Positions 47,572 to 56,166 of a stretch of 64,000 bases of DNA are shown here, in pieces. The position numbers and the translations under genes are program-made. The notes beneath the pieces are model-generated. The model did no database searches. It saw only the letters and a program-made list of their open reading frames with translations, and was not told where the DNA came from. The stretch comes from a virus (taxonomy: Duplodnaviria; Caudoviricetes): positions 147,679 to 211,678 of IMG/VR virus record IMGVR_UViG_3300020048_000009; one strand, given 5' to 3'. Each line of letters opens with the position of its first letter. Position 1 is the stretch's first letter.

Positions 47572-49053
47572 TTATACATCAGATACAGCCATACCACCAG
47601 GAGTATCATCAAAATCTTCTTCATCTGATGATACTTCACCTGACGCTAATGCTGCAACACCTGTATTTATTTGTATTGGTTCATCAGTATCAGTACCAGA
47701 ATTTTCACTAATAAAGGGTTTAGACTCACTAATATAGTTGGCAATTTCATCATCAGATAAAATTAAATTGAATATATCACAAATAGGTATTTCTAATACA
47801 TCTTCTTGACATATATCATTTTGGTCTGTAATTTTTCTATGTAATGAAATAGATGGAACATCTTTATTATCAGAACATTCTAAATAAAACTCTAATTTTT
47901 GATCGCCACGTTTTAATTCTATTTCCATCTTACCATTTTCAGTTTCGCCAAATAATGCCCATCTATCTGAAAAATTCAATAACATTTTTAATGTATTATA
48001 TAGTGGCGTATCAGCTTGTATCTGTTTTTCAGTATTACCTGTAATAGTTGTAATATTTGTATCAACACTTTCATTTGTTCCTGCTTTTTGAACTACATCA
48101 GTTTCCCAATCTTCAAAACATCTATCAGAACAAAATGCGTGTTTTCCAGGCATTTCTTTTTTACACCATACACATACACTTTTATCACCAATTATTGGTT
48201 CTTGTGTATCTTCTTGACAATTATTATCATCAAAAGCTTCATCTTCTTCTGAAACAGAATCTTTACATTCAACCGTTATATTTTTTAGTGTAACTTTTTC
48301 GCCAGATTTCATTGCATCTAATTTATCAATAATCTGTTTATATAATTTTTCAAAGTTAGCCTCATTATCTAAAAATGCTTTAGATGCAAGTAAATAAATC
48401 AAGTTATTTGTAGCTTCATCAACATCTTTAAATACTTTATCTTTATATGACCATGATCTATTATTTTTAGCGTTTTCGGATTCTATAGATTCTTCAACAG
48501 CTTCACCAATTTTAGGTTTACCTTCTATATTGGTAATTACTTTTTGTTTTCTATTTAAGATATTATCTTTTTTCTGCATTACTTTATCTTTTATATCTTT
48601 TCTCATTCCGCCTTCAGCAGGTTTAGTAGGAGTTTTTGATGAAAGTTTAGGTAAAGGTTTTTTATCTACAGGTTCTTTAGGTAAAGGTTTCTTTACCATT
48701 TTATCTTTTAATGGATTTTCATCTTTTAATGAATCGGTACCCTGTGCGGCATCTTTTGCCACAGTTCTTTCCATTTTTCTAAGATGTGTATAATAAAGTG
48801 GATCTTCTACTAAATGATCGCCAGCTATTTTTTTACCAATAGCTAATGCTTCTTCTTTCGTAGCATCTTTATTATTTTTTACATGTTCTGTATATTCAAT
48901 ACGTTCACCCATTATTAATTGTTTTTCTATTTCCTTAACATCAACACCATGCATTTCAGCAATATCTTGGGCAGATGCTCCATCAGATAGTCCACCTCTT
49001 AACATAATATTTTGTAATTTTCTAAATCTACCTGAAAAACTATTATCGCTCAT
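47572..49053 (-). CDS. DUF5661-like phage protein with long acidic extension
   Basis: QL.MG..IE..EH.....A.KIA.DHL.EDP.YYT.L..ME; TAATAAATA at 49083-49091. Confidence 0.65.
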   Translation of the reverse strand: MSDNSFSGRFRKLQNIMLRGGLSDGASAQDIAEMHGVDVKEIEKQLIMGERIEYTEHVKNNKDATKEEALAIGKKIAGDHLVEDPLYYTHLRKMERTVAKDAAQGTDSLKDENPLKDKMVKKPLPKEPVDKKPLPKLSSKTPTKPAEGGMRKDIKDKVMQKKDNILNRKQKVITNIEGKPKIGEAVEESIESENAKNNRSWSYKDKVFKDVDEATNNLIYLLASKAFLDNEANFEKLYKQIIDKLDAMKSGEKVTLKNITVECKDSVSEEDEAFDDNNCQEDTQEPIIGDKSVCVWCKKEMPGKHAFCSDRCFEDWETDVVQKAGTNESVDTNITTITGNTEKQIQADTPLYNTLKMLLNFSDRWALFGETENGKMEIELKRGDQKLEFYLECSDNKDVPSISLHRKITDQNDICQEDVLEIPICDIFNLILSDDEIANYISESKPFISENSGTDTDEPIQINTGVAALASGEVSSDEEDFDDTPGGMAVSDV

Positions 49054-49111
49054 ATTTAAATTCCTAATATTAACTTTTATATTATTTATTAATCTTTTAA
49101 AAAAATAAAAA

Positions 49112-49142
49112 AATAAGGAGCTATTTTCATAGCCCCCTTATT
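49112..49142 (-). terminator. putative intrinsic terminator
   Basis: GC-containing hairpin with a long T-run on the minus strand, downstream of stop 49160. Confidence 0.6.
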
Positions 49143-49159
49143 ATCGGATTTATCGTGTT

Positions 49160-49900
49160 TTATCCTAAATTACGTACTTGTTTTGCTACTTCTAATGCCT
49201 TCATTTGTTCTTCTGATGCATCAGTATTAGTATAATCCTGTTTTTGTCCTTCTTCATTTTGAGTTGTAATACCTACAACTGTTTTAGGCTTAACTTTAAT
49301 AACACCTTCAGATGCTTTAGCTTGATTTTCGCCTTCAGGTCTAATAAGTTTATTAACATTTACTTCTTCAGGAGTCATTTCTCTGAAATTCCCACCTGCA
49401 CCTGTTACATATACTGTATTAGGACGTTTAATAGGACTATTTTTGTTGAAATAAAATACTAGATAATCCCCTTCAACACCATCTTTAGTAGTATAACGTT
49501 CTTGGTTCTGTGAAAGCTTCTCACCTTGCCATGCAGCTTTACCATGTTGGAAACGTTCTTCATCAGGCACTCCAACTTTATCTTCTTTTCTAGTAATTCT
49601 TTCGGCGCGGCTTGCTCCACCAATATCTACAACTAGGAATGATACTTTATAAATTGGAAATAGAGGCCAAGGTTCTTTATTCTTATTTTTATTAGCTGGA
49701 CAACCAGGCATTGATACCATTGTAACAGATGCATGACCACCACCTTGTAATTCTATAGCATAAACCTTATCCATTATCTGTGAGCTATTAATAGGTGCAC
49801 TACCGGGTCCAATACCCCATGCCATTTCAGTAATCTGTTTTGGCTTTTTCATTTCTTCGTATGCTTCTGCAATTAAATCAAGTTCTGTCTTGTATACCAT
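49160..49900 (-). CDS. probable head-packaged protein
   Basis: AAGGAG RBS favours ATG 49900; LIAEAYEE. Confidence 0.65.
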   Translation of the reverse strand: MVYKTELDLIAEAYEEMKKPKQITEMAWGIGPGSAPINSSQIMDKVYAIELQGGGHASVTMVSMPGCPANKNKNKEPWPLFPIYKVSFLVVDIGGASRAERITRKEDKVGVPDEERFQHGKAAWQGEKLSQNQERYTTKDGVEGDYLVFYFNKNSPIKRPNTVYVTGAGGNFREMTPEEVNVNKLIRPEGENQAKASEGVIKVKPKTVVGITTQNEEGQKQDYTNTDASEEQMKALEVAKQVRNLG

Positions 49901-49925
49901 AATCTTCTCCTTAAACTTCTTTATT

Positions 49926-50417
49926 TTATTTATCAATTTTTCGATTTAAACTATTAAAAGTTCTGCTATTATTAACATAGGTTTTAAAGTTTTTTTCTTC
50001 TACTATTAGTTTTTCTATAATCGGGCGCTGATAATTATAAATATTTTCTAGAGCTTCACTATATGTAAACCATTTGCCTTCTATATTTTCAGGTTGACCT
50101 TTATGAACACCCTCTGTAATTAAATTACAAGAAATAAATTTTTCAGTACCTTCGCCTATATATTTATACACATTAACAAATTTAACAGTGTCTTTAAATT
50201 TTGTTTTTACTATACAAAAAGGATTATCATCTAAATATGCTTCCGTTAATAAAATACCAGTTTCTTCATTGAATTCTCTAATAGCTGCAGATTTAGATTC
50301 TTCGCCTTCGTCTATTCTCCCCTTAGGAATTCCATATAATAAATTATTGCCATAAGACTTTACTAAGAAAATCTTATGGTTTTTAATTAATGCAATTCCT
50401 GATGAATAAATAGTCAT
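49926..50417 (-). CDS. NUDIX hydrolase
   Basis: Nudix box GRIDEGEESKSAAIREFNEETG; TAATAAATA at 50445-50453. Confidence 0.92.
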   Translation of the reverse strand: MTIYSSGIALIKNHKIFLVKSYGNNLLYGIPKGRIDEGEESKSAAIREFNEETGILLTEAYLDDNPFCIVKTKFKDTVKFVNVYKYIGEGTEKFISCNLITEGVHKGQPENIEGKWFTYSEALENIYNYQRPIIEKLIVEEKNFKTYVNNSRTFNSLNRKIDK

Positions 50418-50470
50418 AAAAAAATTAATACTTTATTTTTATTTTATTTATTAATTTTTTTAATAAATGT

Positions 50471-51256
50471 TTATTTTACAATAGCATGTGTTAGTATGTT
50501 TTTTCTATCCTGTTTGATCGGAATTCTATCACGACACCAACCACCACAATCATTACATACATAACGTTTATACGTTTGAACAGATGTTTTCTGATAGCCT
50601 CTTTGTGTAATATTAGCACTACCACATTTTGTACATCTCATTTTACTAAAATCTGTTTCATATAAGCTTACATTAGGATGCATATCATGCCAAGGCAATA
50701 GTTTCTTATATAACTGTTCTGTGACTTTAACATCATGCATACAATAAGTAATCATTTTATCCCATGCAGCTGGAACACCATTTAAACAATCACGCCATAA
50801 TGTGAAAGGTTGTTTGTCTTTTACTTCTATACCTAAATAATGACTTGCTGATTCTAAACTATTACTAGGTAAACGGAGTTTTTTCTTAAGAATTTCCAAT
50901 GTATCGCAAATTTTATAGGTAGACGGAGGTGGGAGACCATAGTATATAAATCTCGCGTTTAAGGTGCCTATATCAAAAGACCTTATATTATGCCCAATAA
51001 CAATATCGGCCTCATCCAGGAGCGCGTGGGCTTGCTTTACGACTGCCCAATCGTTGTTACGCTCTCCACGTTTCCATGCTCGGCTTCCAAACAAGCCGAT
51101 AGATTCAACAGGTTTATCTAGCCACGCCCAAGCTATGCATAATAAATATCCTGGTTCTTTAATTTGTGTTTGTCCAACAGTCTCTTTAAAACGCTTCCAT
51201 ATATATGCAGTTTCCGGAGCGGTTTCAATATCTAATATCAATATTTTTGCTGACAT
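50471..51256 (-). CDS. DEDD/RNase H-like 3'-5' exonuclease with C-terminal Zn ribbon
   Basis: LDIET, GHNI..FD, YC..DV, CTKCG...CNDCG. Confidence 0.88.
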   Translation of the reverse strand: MSAKILILDIETAPETAYIWKRFKETVGQTQIKEPGYLLCIAWAWLDKPVESIGLFGSRAWKRGERNNDWAVVKQAHALLDEADIVIGHNIRSFDIGTLNARFIYYGLPPPSTYKICDTLEILKKKLRLPSNSLESASHYLGIEVKDKQPFTLWRDCLNGVPAAWDKMITYCMHDVKVTEQLYKKLLPWHDMHPNVSLYETDFSKMRCTKCGSANITQRGYQKTSVQTYKRYVCNDCGGWCRDRIPIKQDRKNILTHAIVK

Positions 51257-51398
51257 TTTTTACCTTTCATTGAGTAATATATACCAATTATACCTTTTTA
51301 TTTATTTAAAAGCATTTAAATTAAAAGTATTAGTTATTTTTTAAAAATTTCTAAAATTAGTATAATTTATAATAATTATAATTATAATAAGGAATTCT

Positions 51399-51962
51399 AT
51401 GCCAGTTAAAAAAGAAAAAAAACCGTCAATAAACAAATTGCAAAAAAAGATTTTAGAAGACTATAAAAAAGAACACGTTTCGGAAATTATTATTGATACG
51501 CCAGAAAAAAAAGTTGAAACTCGGGGTAGAAAAACAACTCAATATCTTACAACAGTCCAATTAATGGACCATTTAAAAAAAATGAAAGAAACAGGAATAA
51601 TTTCTGAAGATTTAGGTAGATGTTTTATTACACTAGTGCGAAAAATAAGCGGACATTCTAATTTTAGATTTTATCCGATAGATATACAGAAAGATTTAGA
51701 ATCTGCTGCTCTTGAACGTTTAGTTGGATATGTTCATAATATCGATTTAGATAGACCAAATTGTAAACCATTTGCATATCTAACAGAAATCGTAAAAAAC
51801 TCACATTTTTATTATTTAAAAAATCATTATAAACAATTAAATATTAAGAAAGCTTTAGCTGAACAATATTTACAAGAAATGGCCGAAGATGCATCAATGG
51901 ATGAATCATGCCAATATATTTATAAAGCTTTTAATCAACAAGCACAAACAGGTGAGCATTAA
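51399..51962 (+). CDS. T4 gp55-like late sigma factor
   Basis: YL....L; LGRCF...IS..SNF..Y; YVHN.D....KPFAYLTEI..N....YLK..KQ..IK. Confidence 0.8.
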   Translation: MPVKKEKKPSINKLQKKILEDYKKEHVSEIIIDTPEKKVETRGRKTTQYLTTVQLMDHLKKMKETGIISEDLGRCFITLVRKISGHSNFRFYPIDIQKDLESAALERLVGYVHNIDLDRPNCKPFAYLTEIVKNSHFYYLKNHYKQLNIKKALAEQYLQEMAEDASMDESCQYIYKAFNQQAQTGEH

Positions 51963-52014
51963 AATACTTTTTAGAGAAATTAATCTCTAAATTAAAACAA
52001 GGACACATACACAC

Positions 52015-52269
52015 ATGGAAACAAACCCAAATCCTACCGCATATGGTATACGGTTAGAAATATTAAAAATGGCACATAACGATTGCTTTCAATTATTTGA
52101 GCAAAAGCTACGGGCTCTTGAAAATAGTAAACCATTAATACCGGGTAGCGAGCATAATGTCGCACGGCTTGTTCAAGTTACAGACGCCGAAATAAGTGCA
52201 TTATATCCTACAACTGAACAAATAATGGATAGAGCAAAACAGTTATATAAATTTGTTTGCGAAAAATAA
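52015..52269 (+). CDS. small conserved T4-like phage protein
   Basis: AY.IRLEILKMA...YPT.EQI...A..LY.FV. Confidence 0.7.
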   Translation: METNPNPTAYGIRLEILKMAHNDCFQLFEQKLRALENSKPLIPGSEHNVARLVQVTDAEISALYPTTEQIMDRAKQLYKFVCEK

Positions 52270-52280
52270 ACGCATATTAT

Positions 52281-52319
52281 ATAAAAAACAAAACCTGCTT
52301 TTCAGCAGGTTTTTTTATT
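52281..52319. terminator. bidirectional intrinsic terminator
   Basis: aaaacctgct-tttc-agcaggtttt with A/T runs on both sides, between convergent genes. Confidence 0.8.
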
Positions 52320-52343
52320 AATTATAATTTGTTTTTTAAATAC

Positions 52344-52904
52344 TTACTTAACTTTTTTAGCTTTAATTTGTTTAACTAACGCTTCAACTTCTTTTGATTG
52401 TTTCTTGCTCTTAGCTTTAGATATTGCTACTGGGCTACAATCATCACATGGGCCAAATGTATCATTAAATGCTACTGTAAATGATTTAACAACTAAATTT
52501 ACATTTGCTGTTGATTCTTTAATTTTAGGATATTTATTTAGAGTTAAATCTATACCTGAAAATATAAAACCACTTCCCTGTTTAGCAAGAGGCGCATATT
52601 GAGGTTGTAGTTTACCTTCCGCCACCAATTTATCAACTACTTGACTTACTACCGGTGTAGCAGCAGCAGCAAATGTTTGATTTGTAGCAGGTGTTACATT
52701 TTCAATAGCCTTAGTAATCTCATAAATAGAAGCCTTTACCTGAGTATTTGTTGCAATAGCAGGTACCGATAATACAACCAATGCTGAAGCTGTTCCAGCA
52801 AAAGCAGCGTTTTGACTAATTGTTGACGCATCCATATCTGATGTTTTACAACCAGTTCCCAAACATAAAAACACACATAATAATCCAACTAATAATCTCT
52901 TCAT
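52344..52904 (-). CDS. lipoprotein
   Basis: Signal peptide with LGTGC lipobox; AAGGAG RBS. Confidence 0.75.
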   Translation of the reverse strand: MKRLLVGLLCVFLCLGTGCKTSDMDASTISQNAAFAGTASALVVLSVPAIATNTQVKASIYEITKAIENVTPATNQTFAAAATPVVSQVVDKLVAEGKLQPQYAPLAKQGSGFIFSGIDLTLNKYPKIKESTANVNLVVKSFTVAFNDTFGPCDDCSPVAISKAKSKKQSKEVEALVKQIKAKKVK

Positions 52905-52957
52905 TTTTTTCTCCTTATATTATAACTAATATAATAAATTATACCTATTAAATATTT

Positions 52958-53626
52958 TTAATTCAAGTTATTTAAAATATTAGTTATTGTACATCCATAT
53001 AAAAATTGTTCTTGTACTTTTACCCATGGTATTAAGGCAAAACCGAAAGAACCCCAGGATTTACCCCAACTATTTTGAATAAATACACCATCAGCATTAT
53101 AGCCACATCCTAGAACAGCATGACCCCCAACAGAAGAACTAGCATTTTGTATAGATAATACAGGGTTTTTATCATTTAAATTAAACCATTCCTGAGTAAT
53201 ATTAAAAGCACACATTACTACACCATATTTATGTATTGCAAATTTTATATCATTTAAATTTTTACCAATAACTTTTATATTTTCATCTGTTCCTGGTAAA
53301 TGTTTAAAATTAATAAGAGCTTTAGCTACAGCAGTAAGTGTTGTTCCATCTCCACCACCTAAACCATCTATAGTTTTTGCATAATCATAAATTTGATTCA
53401 TGTCTATTGTACTAGGATAATTATCTAATCTCCATCTAATATTTTCAGCATATTGCGATGCGGTATATGCAGCACATTTAGATGTTTGACCTTGATCCTC
53501 TGTCACTGTACATAAATCACGGGTATCTATCATATTAGGAGCAATAAAATTAGGGGTTGCTCCAAGTGCAGGCAAATCCTGTAAATTATTAGGTACTAAA
53601 CAATATCCAACTTTAAATTCTTTCAT
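52958..53626 (-). CDS. papain-like cysteine peptidase (C1 family)
   Basis: DQGQTSKCAAY (Gln/Cys), GGHAV (His), IQNSWG..WG (Asn). Confidence 0.9.
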   Translation of the reverse strand: MKEFKVGYCLVPNNLQDLPALGATPNFIAPNMIDTRDLCTVTEDQGQTSKCAAYTASQYAENIRWRLDNYPSTIDMNQIYDYAKTIDGLGGGDGTTLTAVAKALINFKHLPGTDENIKVIGKNLNDIKFAIHKYGVVMCAFNITQEWFNLNDKNPVLSIQNASSSVGGHAVLGCGYNADGVFIQNSWGKSWGSFGFALIPWVKVQEQFLYGCTITNILNNLN

Positions 53627-53640
53627 ATTAATCCTTTAAA

Positions 53641-53811
53641 TTATTTATTCCACCATGGAGTAAAAAATGGATATGATGGTTGATTCGCAGTATTTGTAAT
53701 AACGTTAGTATTTGTATTATCAGTACTGTCATTATTATTTGGAGTATCCGATATACATCCACCACTTAATAAACATATAACCATGCTTATTACTATTATT
53801 CTTTTAATCAT
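53641..53811 (-). CDS. small lipoprotein (not in the ORF track)
   Basis: 56 aa, MIKRIIVISMVICLLSGGC followed by an N/T-rich tail ending PWWNK. Confidence 0.65.
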   Translation of the reverse strand: MIKRIIVISMVICLLSGGCISDTPNNNDSTDNTNTNVITNTANQPSYPFFTPWWNK

Positions 53812-53821
53812 AAATATTCTC

Positions 53822-54349
53822 CTATGTTAATAATGGTTCTATTACTTCTTCTACTTTTGGAAGAGTTGTAATAACCACAAATTTTTTATATTCTTCAAGT
53901 TCTTTTTTTGTCTTTGGGTAGACCATAAAACCAAAGCCATGTACTGCTAAATAGCAATTATTTCTAATAAGCCATGCTTCCTCAAAAGCCTCTAAAAGTT
54001 CAAGGAAAAGATCATCACATTCTTTCTGAGGTTTCATATTTGTTGCATACAAAACATCATGTATTGTTGCAGCCGTAATTTTACGTACGCCTGCAGGATT
54101 TCCTATAGTTGACCAGAAAAAACGAGGTATTGATGTTAAATCATAATCAAAATCTTTTTTAACTGTTATTACTTCATTATAAATTCTTACACTAAAATCT
54201 TCTAATAATAACCAACCATCTGTACCGTCATCATCATAAATAAAAGGTTGTAATTTTGGTAAAATACCTCTACTAGTTTTACCTATTTTAGAATCAACCC
54301 AAACGCCATCTATAAATGTTCCTATACAACAATCTTTTCCATATTTCAT
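53822..54349 (-). CDS. DUF1353 family protein
   Basis: F.YDLTSIPRFFWS...AATIHDVLY...CDDLF.E. Confidence 0.85.
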   Translation of the reverse strand: MKYGKDCCIGTFIDGVWVDSKIGKTSRGILPKLQPFIYDDDGTDGWLLLEDFSVRIYNEVITVKKDFDYDLTSIPRFFWSTIGNPAGVRKITAATIHDVLYATNMKPQKECDDLFLELLEAFEEAWLIRNNCYLAVHGFGFMVYPKTKKELEEYKKFVVITTLPKVEEVIEPLLT

Positions 54350-54357
54350 AATTTCTC

Positions 54358-55098
54358 CTATTTTAATTTATTTATAAATTCCCATTGTAATGGAATACCA
54401 TCTAAATTTTTTCCTGCAAATGATCTTTTGCCTTTTGCACACATACCGATTAAACCACCATCTATTAAAGTTTTTATAGATGCATCTTTAATGGAATTGA
54501 AAATTTCTCCAGTATTAATACATTTAACGCTTTTACGTTTATTTGAGCGATCACTCAATAGATATGCGCTCATTTTTTTTCTAGTTTCTTCTGTATGTTT
54601 TTTATTTTTATTCCAGGGTATTATACCAGCTCTAGCAATACTTATTCTTTTTTTATGTTCTTCTGAAAGTTTTTTATTTGAACAAGATTCTCTAATTTTT
54701 CTTTTATGTTCCTCAGAAAGACGGCGACCCTTTTTATAGGAACCTATTTTAATTCTAGTTTCTTTAGAAACATAAAACTTGGAACTACCACCACCTTTAA
54801 TATTATAATTATCAGATCTTTTAACAAAATCTTCATCGACCAAATAACTTTCCCACCAATAAGCTAATTCAGCACTTCCAAATTCATACAAAATTTCTCG
54901 TCTAAAATTATTATATCCATATTTTTTTATAGCATTATGAAATGAACGGTTACTTGTATTTTTATTTACATTACCCTGTCTATAAATTCCATTACCAATA
55001 TATCCATCTTCAAGATTATTTGTAGAATGTACACCTATATAGATCTTGCCATTAATAAGATTTGTGGTTTTATAAACTATATTATATGTTTTTTCCAT
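54358..55098 (-). mobile_element. free-standing GIY-YIG homing endonuclease with NUMOD3/NUMOD1-like DNA-binding repeats
   Basis: IVYKTTNLINGKIYIG; SEEHKRKI x2; HTEETRKKMS; VKCINTGEIFNSI. Confidence 0.88.
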
Positions 55099-55284
55099 TA
55101 TATCTATTTATTTGTTTATTTATTTCTTTGGTATGCCTAATAAAAGATCAATTCCTTCGAAGTCACTCTTAGAAATTGTTTCACCCGTATTTGCTTTAGA
55201 AACAATCTTCTTGTAATATACATGTATTTACTCCTGCAATTTTTATTTCTATTCCATCTGGAAATATTGACATTTAAAACTCCT

Positions 55285-55575
55285 TTATTTTACTAGAGGA
55301 ATAGAAAAATCTATTGGAACATTGTTTGAAGAATTAGTTACAGGAGATTTATACGGAAAGTTTCCTTGAATTATGATCGCCTTATTATGATTTCCATAAG
55401 AACGTGATGCTTGATCATCACTAGTGGCACACCAGACTACGCCAGTTGAACTCGATTCATCACCTAATATATATTTATTATACGTAAAGAGATTCAACTG
55501 AGCATTCCAAGGACTACATCCTGACACACCTACTAACATCATACATACTAAACATATTGCTATTAACTTTTTCAT
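55285..55575 (-). CDS. lipoprotein
   Basis: MKKLIAICLVCMMLVGVSGC lipobox. Confidence 0.7.
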   Translation of the reverse strand: MKKLIAICLVCMMLVGVSGCSPWNAQLNLFTYNKYILGDESSSTGVVWCATSDDQASRSYGNHNKAIIIQGNFPYKSPVTNSSNNVPIDFSIPLVK

Positions 55576-55576
55576 A

Positions 55577-55939
55577 TTATATAATTCCTTGTGCTTCTGC
55601 CATTTGTTTAATTTTCAAAGTAACTGCTAACATAATTTCTGCAGTATACATTGTTATATCTTGTCCAGTAACTGGACTTTTAAAAGTTAATGTTTGTGCA
55701 TCTGTTTTAACAGAATCTTCTAAATTATTAATTCTAAGAGTTCCTTTTGAACCTATGAATGTATCAGGTGCTCTTAAAAAAGTACCATCTTCGTTTGCTT
55801 GTACCTTTTCTACATTTGCGATTAATGTTGATCCAATATTTGGATTAGGTGCTGTTATTTGAAGATTTGATAACCAAAAACTATTAAGATTAATTGGTTG
55901 TTGATTTATTACTGTTGGGTTTGTTAATGGTATTGCCAT
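55577..55939 (-). CDS. tail-fibre-associated protein, paralog of 63256-63618
   Basis: IPL.NP...NL.SFWLS.L.I.A..PN...A.VEKVQ.N.DG. Confidence 0.7.
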   Translation of the reverse strand: MAIPLTNPTVINQQPINLNSFWLSNLQITAPNPNIGSTLIANVEKVQANEDGTFLRAPDTFIGSKGTLRINNLEDSVKTDAQTLTFKSPVTGQDITMYTAEIMLAVTLKIKQMAEAQGII

Positions 55940-55973
55940 ATTATTTCCTTCTGTTCTATTGAACGTTTATTAT

Positions 55974-56165
55974 TTAACTATAAAACTTGAGTTTAATCTC
56001 ATCTACTATTTGTTGATTTGCTTCTATTGATAAATTAAATGTTCTTGTTATATGTATAATTTGTTCATCTAATTTATTTTTTTGTTCATTTAGTTTAAAT
56101 AAAACATCTTCTCTACGTTTTATTAACGAATCTAATTTTTCTTGTGCTTGTTCTAATGCATTCAT
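55974..56165 (-). CDS. small coiled-coil protein
   Basis: 63 aa abutting the tail-fibre gene. Confidence 0.6.
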   Translation of the reverse strand: MNALEQAQEKLDSLIKRREDVLFKLNEQKNKLDEQIIHITRTFNLSIEANQQIVDEIKLKFYS

Positions 56166-56166
56166 A

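Noticed and set aside
12601-51100. CCWGG (Dcm) sites as the common cause of the GC-rich patches
   Set aside because: CCWGG also occurs in ordinary AT-rich regions (e.g. near 791, 2703, 3306), so it is not specific to the patches
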